Shown: positions 1 through 11,339 of the stretch, in pieces | Layout of the letters: the number at the start of each line of letters is the position of its first letter | Numbering within the stretch: position 1 is the first letter of the stretch | Assembly (NCBI RefSeq): GCF_004010195.1 | Contig: NC_057718.1 | Location: 103,881,954 to 103,945,953 of the forward strand | DNA from: Chiloscyllium plagiosum | Lineage: Eukaryota | Direction of reading: 5' to 3' | DNA length: 64,000 bases | The notes under the pieces: generated by a model | Told to the model about the DNA's origin: nothing | Seen by the model: only the letters and a program-made list of their open reading frames with translations | Databases searched by the model: none | Made by a program: the position numbers and the translations under genes

Positions 1-265
1 CGAGGGGGCATAGCTTTAAATTAAGGGGTGGTAGGTATAGGACAGATGTTAGGGGTAGGTTCTTTACTCAGCGAGTCGTGAGTTCGTGGAATGCCCTGCC
101 AGTAGCAGTGGTGGACTGTCCCTCTTTATGGGCATTTAAGCGGGCATTGGATAGGCTTATGGAGGATAGTGGGCTAGTGTAGGTTAGGTGGGCTTGGATC
201 GGCGCAACATCGAGGGCCAAAGGGCCTGTACTGTGCTGTATTCTTCTATGTTCTATGTTCTATGT
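1..265 (+). mobile_element. CR1 LINE 3' end
   Basis: Typical CR1 ORF2 C-terminus (RGHSFKLRGGRYRTDVRGRFFTQRVVSSWNALP), 3' UTR and (TTCTATG)n tail. Confidence 0.9.
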
Positions 266-760
266 AGCAAGTAGGAGCTGGGAGTAAGAGAGTTTCCTCC
301 ATTGCTTCCAGGTACATTTCGTTCCTGACAAATTCTGACTCATTTGCTGGGAAGCCCACAAATTTGTGAACGGTCATGCAGTTTTGATGTGCACAGGTCA
401 AATTAGCCAAGTTGAAAACTTTTGATTTGCTGCCTGTTTAATCAAGGCCCAAGGCCTATTTGGAAAGTTTATGAGACTGGCAAAAGCAGTGAGTCAACAC
501 ACTGCTGTTCCTTCACTTGCTCTGAGTTCAATCCAGCTCTCAAGGTCCTGCGTGAAAAGTGGCAAGATGACTCTGAACCTGGTACTCTCAAGAACCAAAG
601 GCATGTATAATTTGGCTCAATCTGGCTGCCTGGTACATTGTGAGACCAGTGCAGAACATATTCATGCCACATTCTGGCTATTGGTAATGACTGAGCTTCA
701 GGCACATGTCCTTAAGGAGTGATGGCAGCTTTATTCTGCAATGATTTGATAGACCTGACT

Positions 761-1310
761 GTAGATATACAGCATGAAAACAGATCCTATGGTCCAACTT
801 GTCCACACTGATCAGATTTTGTAAATGAATCTAGTCCCATTTGCCAGCACTTGGCCCATATCCTTCCAAACCCTTCCTATTCGTAATACCCATCCAGAAG
901 CCTTTTAAATGTTGTAATTATATCAGCCTCCACCACTTCCTCTGGCAGCTCATTCCATACACGCACCACCATCTGCATGAAAAAGTTACCCATTAGGTCT
1001 CTTTTAAATCTTTCCTCTCTCACCCTAAATCTCTTCCCTCTAGTTCTAGACTTCCCCACCCAGGGAAAAGACCTTGTCTATTTATCCTATCCATGTCCCT
1101 CATGATGTTATAAACCTCTATAAGGTCAATACTCCAGGGAAAACAGCCCCAGCCTGTTCAGCCTCTCCCTATAGCTCAAACTCTCCACCCTGGCAACATC
1201 CTTGTAAATCTTTTCTCAACCCTTTCAAGTTTCATAACATCTTTCTTATAACAGGGAGACCAGAACTGAACGCAATATTCCAAAAGTGGCATTAACAATG
1301 TCCTGTACAG
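761..1310 (-). mobile_element. CR1 LINE 3' end
   Basis: ORF 877..1059 FFMQMVVRVWNELPEEVVEA; same family as many other copies in the window. Confidence 0.9.
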
Positions 1311-1789
1311 GTTTGATAAAAATCAGGAAAAGGATGGGGATAAGCACTCACTGCTAAAATCTTTCACTAAAAGGGAAAATGTTTCTAGATGATGCTTATT
1401 ACGACATACCCTCTCTTTGGTGTGCGCTTTGTGTGTTAGGGAGTTGGTGTGTCATACAGCTGAGGACTGCAATTTCATAGATCACTGACACATTTTGACT
1501 TGTGAATACAAGCAATCAACCAGTGAAAGGGCAGCAGTGTGTAAAAGCTTTTCAGGATACGAAACTCTTTGAGAGAATCAATGGCTCCTGTCACACTATC
1601 ATAAAGAAAATGAGGTAAATGTCCTTGACCTGTTTGCTGTCTCAATTCAACAGTGAAAATATTTGACAATTCACTTAACTATTGTGGCAGTTTCACTTAC
1701 CCCTGCCTCGTTAGTGTATAATGAGCGTAATGCAGTTGGAAACTATTGAAAAATTGGTGCTATCTGAAACTAACGGGTTGTAGGAAAAA

Positions 1790-1982
1790 AAGCTGCCCAT
1801 TTGGAACATTTGACCATTGGCTTCTGGTCTTACATCTGCCATGCTAGCCCAGATACACACCAGTGTGGATGGCTCTTAACCACCCTCGGAAATGACAAGC
1901 CTCTCAGTTCAAGGGCAGTTAGGGATGGACAATAAATGTTGTCCTTGCCAGTGACACTAACAGCCCACAATAAAGAATGAGG
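1790..1982 (+). mobile_element. SINE-B (LINE-B-related SINE), degraded 3' part
   Basis: ctcttaac..cctc..aaatg..caagcctctcagtt joined to caagggcagttagggatggacaataaatg; homologous to 45800-46143. Confidence 0.7.
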
Positions 1983-2289
1983 AAACTCTTAAGTGCGTTA
2001 AGAATGGTACGGCTGACGTCCTGAGATGGAAACAGATTCCATTGTCATTCTCACTACTCGAGGTCCACAGCAGCACAGTTCAGATGTCCGCCCACAGTCG
2101 TCCTACTGACTTTCATTAAACTGCAATAAATGTTTAGCAATCATTAGTGCAGCTTCAAACGAGTTAGAAAGGCCAGGCATGTGCAGTCAGTTAAACAGAA
2201 AACCTGGGTAGCCCAGCCTGGTTATGGACCAGTGACACTTGGACCAATAATCCATTTGACATGTTTCATTTGAGATATGAGAAAAGCGA

Positions 2290-3236
2290 TATGAGTGTAT
2301 GTGTGAGAGTGTGTGTAAGTGGGTGTGTAAGAGTGTGTGTGTGTGTGAGAGAGTTTGTGTGCGTGAGTGAGTGTGTGTGTGAGAGTGTATGTGTGTGTGA
2401 CAGAGAGANNNNNNNNNNNNNNNNNNNNNNNNNNNNNNNNNNNNNNNNNNNNNNNNNNNNNNNNNNNNNNNNNNNNNNNNNNNNNNNNNNNNNNNNNNNN
2501 NNNNNNNNNNNNNNNNNNNNNNNNNNNNNNNNNNNNNNNNNNNNNNNNNNNNNNNNNNNNNNNNNNNNNNNNNNNNNNNNNNNNNNNNNNNNNNNNNNNN
2601 NNNNNNNNNNNNNNNNNNNNNNNNNNNNNNNNNNNNNNNNNNNNNNNNNNNNNNNNNNNNNNNNNNNNNNNNNNNNNNNNNNNNNNNNNNNNNNNNNNNN
2701 NNNNNNNNNNNNNNNNNNNNNNNNNNNNNNNNNNNNNNNNNNNNNNNNNNNNNNNNNNNNNNNNNNNNNNNNNNNNNNNNNNNNNNNNNNNNNNNNNNNN
2801 NNNNNNNNNNNNNNNNNNNNNNNNNNNNNNNNNNNNNNNNNNNNNNNNNNNNNNNNNNNNNNNNNNNNNNNNNNNNNNNNNNNNNNNNNNNNNNNNNNNN
2901 NNNNNNNNNNNNNNNNNNNNNNNNNNNNNNNNNNNNNNNNNNNNNNNNNNNNNNNNNNNNNNNNNNNNNNNNNNNNNNNNNNNNNNNNNNNNNNNNNNNN
3001 NNNNNNNNNNNNNNNNNNNNNNNNNNNNNNNNNNNNNNNNNNNNNNNNNNNNNNNNNNNNNNNNNNNNNNNNNNNNNNNNNNNNNNNNNNNNNNNNNNNN
3101 NNNNNNNNNNNNNNNNNNNNNNNNNNNNNNNNNNNNNNNNAACGTGTGTGCATGAGTGTCTGTGTGTGAGAGAGTGAGTGTGTGTTTTGTGTGTGTGTGT
3201 TTTGTGTGTGTGTGTTTTGTGTGTGTGTGTGTGTAT
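2290..3236. repeat. (TG)n/(AG)n-rich simple repeat spanning an N gap
   Basis: Directly visible; gap 2409-3140. Confidence 0.95.
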
Positions 3237-3699
3237 GACTTTTTTCTCCTCAAAACTTTTCCTTTCAAGTTTTTCAACAGCAATTCATGTAATGAATGCA
3301 ACTATCACATTCTAAAGTGCTGAATACTTTCTGCTTAACTGATCACAGTGAATGTAAAGAGTAAGGCTGGTCCTTTCATGTTTGAAAATAAATACATTTA
3401 ATAAAGCAAATACAATTACTGGCACTGACACTGCAGATTTGTTCTGCAGTGTTGCACCGGCCTATATTATTTATTAAGAAGGCATTGTTTGCATTATGAA
3501 CAACTTTGAACACAAAGGAGAAATCATAATTTACAGGCAAATTTTGAAAGGAGACCTTTTTCCCCTCAGAATACTGTACCAAGAAAAATTGATACCTTTA
3601 ACCCATCCACATTCAAAACAACAACCATGTCAGTATGATGTAAAATCTCACAAATGACCACAAATAAATCAAAAGGCAATGTTTAACTCAATAATACAA

Positions 3700-4110
3700 A
3701 TACAATCAAAGCTTGCCACTTGATTGGCACCACACCCACAAACGTTTACTCCCTCCACTCCTGAAGCTCAGTCACAGCTGTGTGTACTATCGACAAGATG
3801 CTCTGTAGAAATTCACCAGACAGCACCTTCCAGACCCATAACCACATCCATCTAGAAGGACAAGGGCAGCAGGTCCATGGGAACACTACCTGATGAACAT
3901 TCCCCTCTAAACCACTCACCATCCTGATTTAGAAATATATTGTCATTCTTTCAGTGTCACTGGGTCAAAATGCTGGAACTCCCTCCGTAACAACAGTATG
4001 GGTCTACCCACATGGTCCACAACGGTTCAAGAAGGCAGCTCATCCCCATCTTCTCGAGGGGAACTAGGGACAGGCAATGAAGGCTGGCCTAGCCAGGGAT
4101 ATCATTTCCC
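3700..4110 (+). mobile_element. LINE-B 3' end
   Basis: ccatctagaaggacaagggcagca...gggaactagggacaggcaat; homologous to 33145-33553. Confidence 0.85.
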
Positions 4111-4340
4111 AATCAAACTAGTCTGTGCTAGTGTTTATACTCCACTCGAATCTCATTCCATTCCAGCTCCATCGTCTCAGTTTTCCAGCCTATCATTCTT
4201 TCCCCTTTTCTCTCACGTACCCATCTAATGCCCTTTTGAAAGTAACAAAACTATGTGTCTGAATGACTTCCTGTAGTAGCAACTTTCACATTCTAAGCAT
4301 TGTCTGAGTAAAGAAATGTCTCCATGTTTCTCTATTAGAC

Positions 4341-5205
4341 ATACATGCAGATTGCAAATAGTCTATTTGGAAACACAAGCTGGGAAAAATGCAAATATGG
4401 ACAACACTGTGCTTTTGAGAAGGAAATTGTTTAATAATTAAAAGCTTAAAAGTGGAAAAAGTGTATGGTATTCACTTATTTGTTACACACATCAAGTAAC
4501 ATTTAGGGTAATTGCATTTGATATTTTTGTGAAATAGACCTTTGGGTTGAAAATCTGCCTAGCAACAACCTTTAGATAGCTATGCCACAGACTGTCATAG
4601 AACTGAGAGAAGGGCATATGTACACAAACCTCCTGAGAGTTCATAAGCCAGGACAGGTTTCGTTCTCCCTCGCTCCTTCTCAGTTACAAGAAAAATACTG
4701 AAAGATGTTGAAAAGATTAATTTCTCACCGAAGCAAAGACCTAGGTCCAACTGACCGGCTAAAGATTGAGGCTCCCCTGCAGTCAACTGCATGATATCAT
4801 CATCAAAGAACATTGAGTCAGTGAGAAAATCATCTTATTTCATCCTGCAGTTTGGATGTTTTGATCCACTGAATTTGTTTCTTTTTGATTTTTTTTCTAT
4901 CCATGTTATATCTGTTTTGTTATTTTATTTCTGAATGAATGAGTGTGTAGGTTTGGGTTTAAAGGAAATATAAGATAAATTTCCATATTAATAATGTATA
5001 GTCAATCTTTCCACTTGCTGCTTTCAATAAATTCTTCTTTTCTGATTATTGAAGAAACATGGTGTGAATTGTTATTATTTTAGGTAATGGTCACATTTGG
5101 GACAGGAATCATCTCAGTGATACAATTGCTCATTTATACATTTGTGAGGCGTATGGAATAATGGGGGATGATTTTCAGCACACACTTCCCCTCAGGGTTA
5201 TGACA
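4341..5205 (+). mobile_element. LTR-like insertion interrupting an old minus-strand CR1
   Basis: Old CR1 sequence stops near 4340 and resumes at 5206; insert has AATAAA at ~5026 and ends ...gggttatgaCA; TGTCATA (4593) and TATGACA (5199) are inverted; no TSD found. Confidence 0.45.
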
Positions 5206-5340
5206 CTTATTAATAATTTTGTACCCCTCATTTAATATTCTCCCATATGTGGAAACATTCTCTCCACATCAACTATGTTCAGCCAATTCAGAATTTTAAC
5301 AACTTCTAGGCTGGTAATCTCAAAGTCTTTTCTTATTTAG

Positions 5341-8193
5341 AGTCATAGAGTCATAGAGATGTACAGCATGGAAACAGACCCTTCGGTCCAACCCGTCCAT
5401 GCTGACCAGATATCACAACCCAATCTAGTCCCAGCTGCTAGCACCCGGCCCATATCCCTACAAACCCTTCCTATTTATATACCCATCTAAATGCCTGATG
5501 GCAATTGTACCAGCCTCCACCACATCCTCTGGCAGCTCATTCCATACACGTACCACCCTCTGCATGAAAAAGTTGCCCCTTAGTTCTCTTTTATATCTTT
5601 CCTCTCTCACCCTAAACCTATGCCCTCTAGTTCTGGACTCCCTGACTTTGTCTATTTATCCTATCCAGGCCCCTCATAATTTTGTAAACCTCTATAAGGT
5701 CACCCCTCAGCCTCCGACGCTTCAGAGAAAACAGCCCCAGCCTGTTCAGCCTCTCCCTACAGCTCAGATCCTCCAACCCTGGCAACATCCTTGTAAATCT
5801 TTTCTNNNNNNNNNNNNNNNNNNNNNNNNNNNNNNNNNNNNNNNNNNNNNNNNNNNNNNNNNNNNNNNNNNNNNNNNNNNNNNNNNNNNNNNNNNNNNNN
5901 NNNNNNNNNNNNNNNNNNNNNNNNNNNNNNNNNNNNNNNNNNNNNNNNNNNNNNNNNNNNNNNNNNNNNNNNNNNNNNNNNNNNNNNNNNNNNNNNNNNN
6001 NNNNNNNNNNNNNNNNNNNNNNNNNNNNNNNNNNNNNNNNNNNNNNNNNNNNGGTCAAGATCCTGTTGTAATCTGAGGTAACCCTGTTCACTGTACTACA
6101 CCTCCAATTTTGGTGTCTTCTGCAAACTTACTAACTGTACCTCTTATGCTCGCATCCAAATCATTTATGGAAATGACAAAAAGTAGAGGGCCCAGCACCG
6201 ATCCTTGTGGCACTCCACTGGTCACAGGCTTCCAAGTCTGAAAAATAACCCTCCACCACCACCTTCTGTCTTCTACCTTTGAGCCAGTTCTGTATCCAAA
6301 TGCCTAGTTCTCCCTGTATTCCATGAGATCTAACCTTGCTAATCAGTCTCCCATGGGGAACCTTTGAATGCCTTACTGAAGTCCATATAGATCACATCTA
6401 CTGCTCTGCCCTCATCAATCCTCTTTGTTACTTCTTCAAAAAACTCAATCAAGTTTGTGAGACATGATTTCCCAAGCACAAAGCCATGTTGACTATCCCG
6501 AATCAGTCCTTGCCTTTCCAAATACGTGTACATCCTGTCCCTCAGGATTCCTTCCAACAACTTGCCCACCACCGAGGTCAGGCTCACCGGTCTATAGTTC
6601 CCTGGCTTGTCTTTACCGCCCTTCTTAAACAGTGGCACCACGTTTGCCAACCTCCAGTCTTTCGGCACCTTACCTGTAACTATCAATGATATAAATATCT
6701 CAGCAAGAGGCCCAGCAATTATTTCTCTAGCTTCCCACAGAGTTCTCGGGTACACCTGATCAGGTCCTGGGGATTTATCCACTTTTAACCTTTCCAAGAC
6801 ATCCAGCACTTCCTCCTCTGTAATCTGGACATTTTGCAAGATGTCACCATCTATTTCCCTACAGTCTATATCTTCCATATCCTTTTCCACAGTAAATACT
6901 GATGCAAAATATTCATTTAGTATCTCCCCCATTTTCTGTGGCTCCACACAAAGGCCGCCTTGCTGATCTTTGAGGGGCCCTATTCTCTCCCTAGTTACCC
7001 TTTTGTCCTTAATATATTTGTAAAAACCCTTTGGATTCTCCTTAATTGCATTTGCCAACGCTATCCCATGTCCCTGTTTTGCCCTCCTGATTTCCATCTT
7101 AAGTATACTCCTACTTCCTTTATACTCTTCACTCGATCTATCCTGTCTATACCTGACATCTGCTTCCTTCTTTTTCTTAACCAAACTTTTTCTTTAGTCA
7201 TCCAGCATTCCCTATACCTACCAGCCTTCTCTTTCACCCTGACAGGGGATATACTTTCTCTGGATTCTTGGTATCTCATTTCTGAAGGCTTCCCATTTTC
7301 CAGCTGTCCCTTTACCTGCGAACATCTGCCTCCAATCAGCTTTCGAAAGTTCTTGCCTAATACTGTCAAAATTGGCTTTTCTCCAATTTAGAACTTCAAC
7401 TTTTAGATCTGGTCTATCCTTTTCCATCACTATTTTAATCTAATAGAATTATGGTTGCTGGCCCCAAAGTGCTCCCGTACTGACACCTCAGTCACCTGCC
7501 CTGCCTTATTTCCGAAGAGTCGGTCAGGTTTTGCACCTTCTCTAGTAAGTACATCCACATACTGAATCAGAAAATTGTACACACTTAAGAAATTCCTCTC
7601 CATCTAACCCTTTAACACTATGGCAGTCCCAGTCGATGTTTGAAAAGTTAAAATCCCCTACCATAACTACCCTAATATTCTTACAGATAGCTGAGATCTC
7701 CTTACAAGTTTGTCTCTCAATTTCCCTCTGACTATTAGGGGGTCTATAATACAATCCCAATAAGGTGATCATCCCTTTCTTATTTCCCAGTTCCACCCAA
7801 ATAACTTCCCTGGATGTATTTACAGGAATATCCTCCCTCAGCACAGCTGTAATGCTATCCCTTATCAAAAATGCCACTCCCCCTCCTCTCTTGCCTCCCT
7901 TTCTATCCTTCCTGTAGCATTTGTACCCTGGAACATTAAGCTGCCAGTCCTGCCCATCCCCGAGCCACATTTCTGTAATTGCTATGAGATCCCAGTCCNN
8001 NNNNNNNNNNNNNNNNNNNCCCCCCCCCCTTACTAGTTTAAATCCTCCCAAGCAGTTCTAGCAAATTTCCCAGCCAGTATATTAGTCCCCTTCCAATTTA
8101 GATGCAATCCGTCCTTCTTGTACAGGTCACTTCCACCCCAAAAGAGATTCCAATGATCCAAAAATGTGAATCCTTCTCCCATCCACCAGCTCC
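5341..8193 (-). mobile_element. Long CR1 LINE: ORF1 esterase C-terminus, ORF2 APE endonuclease and RT, 3' tail; frameshifted, with gaps
   Basis: ORF 7542..8051 (DLIAITEMW, YYRPPNS, VGDFNF = APE); ORF 6339..7184 (KSPGPD, NYRPVSLTS, QHGF, DVIYMDFSKAF = RT); 8035-8193 translates FLDHWNLFWGGSDLYKKDGLHLNWKG (SGNH-type DxxH); (CTATGACT)n tail. Confidence 0.95.
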
Positions 8194-8871
8194 TAAACTT
8201 CAACTTGTTCAATCTTTTCCCATCATTGGAAACTTCCGTGCTGTATCAAAATCTCCAAACATGATCAAAAAAGATCTTGATCACACAGTATCACAAAATG
8301 ACCGATTAAAAAACCATAGCTTTCTGCTCAGGAGTACACTGGTCCTTTATAAAGTATTAGGTTCACATTGTGGTGACTGTATTTCTGCTCCTGTAGGTTA
8401 TGTGGAGATATCCTGCTCAGATTGAACGTTTGCATTTCAAGCCATAACCTTCTTGTATTGTATTAGAGATTTTCAAGAATACTTATGAACAAACAGACAA
8501 AGTAAAGGAATTTATGCTGAACTGTACCGTGGTCAAATTAGCTCACTCAATGTCAGGCTGCTTAATTGATTTATTTTGCTGATTACAATTGCATAGCACG
8601 AGATTCCTATTTCCCACTGTAAACTGAAACCTGCACACTGCAAGCAAATCTTAGTTATTACGCACAACAATTTGGTTACTTTTTACAATCACATTGCTCC
8701 CTTCAATAAAGGCTTTCCCAGTAAAACCTGCATTTTCTAAGATCATCATCATTTTTCATGGAGCTGAACTATAGTTCATTATTGATTATAATGGCAGAAG
8801 TCAAGCAGCTAGAAATATTATTTCTTTATAAAGGATTATGGGACAATGGGAGGCCCAGAAGAGAAAGACTT

Positions 8872-9590
8872 AGGAACATAGGAACAGGAGGAGGCCATTC
8901 AGCCCCTTGAGCCTGTCCCTCCATTCAATGAGATCATGACTGACCAGATAGAATAGAATAGAATAGAATATCCATTATTGTTAGATTTATACTTCACCGA
9001 TTACAGTGCCAACTTAGATACAAAAGTCCCAAGGCACGGCTTTGTTTGTTACAAGATGTGCTACAGAAATGAATTGTCCAGTGTCATTAAAAACCTGCTC
9101 GGTACAGCAGGTTGGCACTTAGCTTCCAACCTGAACTGGGCATTGGCTCCAAACCGCGCCAGAGGGAAGCCTGCTGCAGGAGAAAACAGGTCTCATTTGT
9201 CATGTCTCCTCTCATAACCTAACCCTGGATTCCAGGTCTCATTTGTGTAAACCTTCACTGTACTCCCTCCAAGGTCGTGATCTCCTTCGTAAGGTGTGGC
9301 GCCCACATGTGCTCACCATTCTCCAAATGGGGCCTAACCAGGGTTTGTATAACTGCAGCATAACCTCTGCACCCTTATCCTCCAGCCCTCTAGGTATCAA
9401 GCCCATTAACATTCTTGATCATTTCCTGCACCTGTTCATGACATTTTAAAGCTCTATTCACCTGAACCCCCAGTCTCTTTGGGCATCCACTGTATTTAAC
9501 TGCACACCATCTAGAAAATTCTCTGATCTATTCTTTTTTCAGTCTAAAATGGATAACCTCACACTTGCTTCCATTAAAATCCATCTGTTG
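8872..9590 (-). mobile_element. CR1 LINE fragments interrupted by an unidentified (TTCTA)n-tailed insert (~8948-9200)
   Basis: CR1 3' tail 8872-8945; CR1 RT C-terminal region 9205-9590. Confidence 0.7.
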
Positions 9591-9592
9591 CA

Positions 9593-9810
9593 GACTTGCA
9601 TTTATATAGCACCCTTTCACAACCACAGGATGGCACAAAGGAGTTTCCAGACAGAGGTCTACTTTCTAAGCATAGCAACTGTTACATAGCAGAAACATCA
9701 CAACTAATTTGCAAACAGCTAGCTCCCACAAGCAGCAATGATATAATAACAATTTATTTAGTAATGTTGATTGTAGGATAAATATTGGATGATCACTGGG
9801 CATAACTGCT
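9593..9810 (-). mobile_element. Deu-domain SINE (SacSINE1/AmnSINE1-like) 3' part
   Basis: Reverse complement reads ccaatatttatcct.caatcaacattactaaa...cattgctgcttgtgggagct...gtgaaagggtgctatataaatgcaagtc, matching the recalled DeuSINE body and L2-type tail; homologous to 49925-50360. Confidence 0.75.
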
Positions 9811-10204
9811 GTGCAGTTTGATAATCTGACCTAGGTGCACCTCTGCAGGTGATAACATACAATCCCCTCGTGCTGTTAGAGCAGACAGTGTGAGAGAGAG
9901 AGAGAGAGAGACCAAGGCACTCGATGGTGATGAATAAGATGTCCCGTCGACCACAGGAAATTGCTGCTGAGTTGAAGGAAAGGCCGGAGCTCCTGTGAAT
10001 GAGTCAGAGAAAGACGTCATTGCATATTCGGCAGAGTCCCTGAATCAGGAGCTGCAGGTGATGGGTCTGAGTGGGATGCTCTTCAGAGGGTCAGTGTAAC
10101 TCAATGGGCCAAATGGCCTGTTACCACACTATAGGGATTCTATGGTTCTGAGTGGCACAGCATTGAAGGTGTCTGTTATGTCAACATGGTTGACTGTGCT
10201 ACCA

Positions 10205-10768
10205 TCAATGTGGACATTATGGTGTGCAGTTTTGGTCTCCTGACCTGAGGAAGGATGCTCTGGCTGTGAAGGAAGTGCAACAAATTTGTGTACCAAACTG
10301 ATTGCGAGAATGCCAAGACAGAGGCATGAAACAAGATTGGTTTGGTTAAGATTATATTAGTTTGAATTTAAAAGAATGAAGGGTGATCTTATCAAAACCT
10401 ATCCCATTCCAACAGGACTGGACAGGGTAAACATAGGAAGGATGTTCCCAATGACCAAGGGGAGTCCAGAACCAGGGATCACAGTCTAAGGATACTGGGC
10501 AGGCCATTTAGAACTGGGGTAGAGAGAAATCTCTTCACCCAGAGAGTGGGGAACTGTGGAATTCTCTGCAGTAGAAAGTGGATGAGGGCAAAACATTAAA
10601 TGTTCTTAAGAAAGAGTTGGATGTATGTCTTGTGGCTAAAGGGATCAAATGATATGCGGAAAAAATAGGAACAGGGGACTGAGTGGGATAGTCAGCCATG
10701 ATCATATCGAATGGTGGAGCGGACTCGAAGGATTGAATGGCTTACTCCTGCTCCCCTTTTCTGTGTTT
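10205..10768 (+). mobile_element. CR1 LINE 3' end (preceded by an HE1 SINE tail at 10060-10148)
   Basis: gtgcagttttggtctcc, ttcacccagagagtggg, gaatggcttactcctgctcc. Confidence 0.85.
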
Positions 10769-10769
10769 C

Positions 10770-11312
10770 ACAGGGGCTCCTGGCACTTTCCCCTGCCACC
10801 GCAGGAACTGTAAAACCTGTGCCCACACCTCCTCCCTCACCTCTATCCAAGGCCCTAAAGGAGCCTTCCACATCCATCAAAGTTTTACCTGCACATCCAC
10901 TAATATCATTTATTGTATCCGTTGCTCCCGATATGGTGTCCTCTACATTGGGGAGACTGGACGCCGCCAAGCAGAGCGCTTTAGGGAACATCTCCGGGAT
11001 ACCCGCACCAATCAACCACACCGCCCCGTGGCCCAACATTTCAACGCCCCCTCCCACTCTGCCGAGGACATGGAAGTCCTGGGCCTCCTTCACCGCCNNN
11101 NNNNNNNNTACTCTATGCTACTTTCTCCCCACCCCCACCCTCCTCTAGCTTATCTCTCCACGCTCCAGGCTCACTGCCTTTATTCCTGATGATGGCCTTT
11201 TGCCCGAAACGTCGATTTCAATGCTCCTTGGATGCTGCCTGAACTGCTGTGCTCTTCCAGCACCACTAATCCAGAATCTGGTTTCCAGCATCTGCAGTCA
11301 TTGTTTTTACCT
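10770..11312 (+). mobile_element. Penelope-like element 3' part with GIY-YIG endonuclease
   Basis: ORF 10737..11189: FPCHRRNCKTC...NIIYCIRCSRYGVLYIGETGRRQAERFREH...VAQHFN; followed by a terminal region with a hammerhead motif at ~11182-11217. Confidence 0.92.
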
Positions 11313-11339
11313 CCTGGTGTTCCTGTCAATCTTTAACAT

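Noticed and set aside
2222..3301. Long ORFs of 260-380 aa here and at 52183-53446 and 58419-59194
   Set aside because: Read-through of N gaps and simple repeats
6339..7184. 281-aa ORF as a functional reverse transcriptase gene
   Set aside because: Fragment of a frameshifted CR1 ORF2
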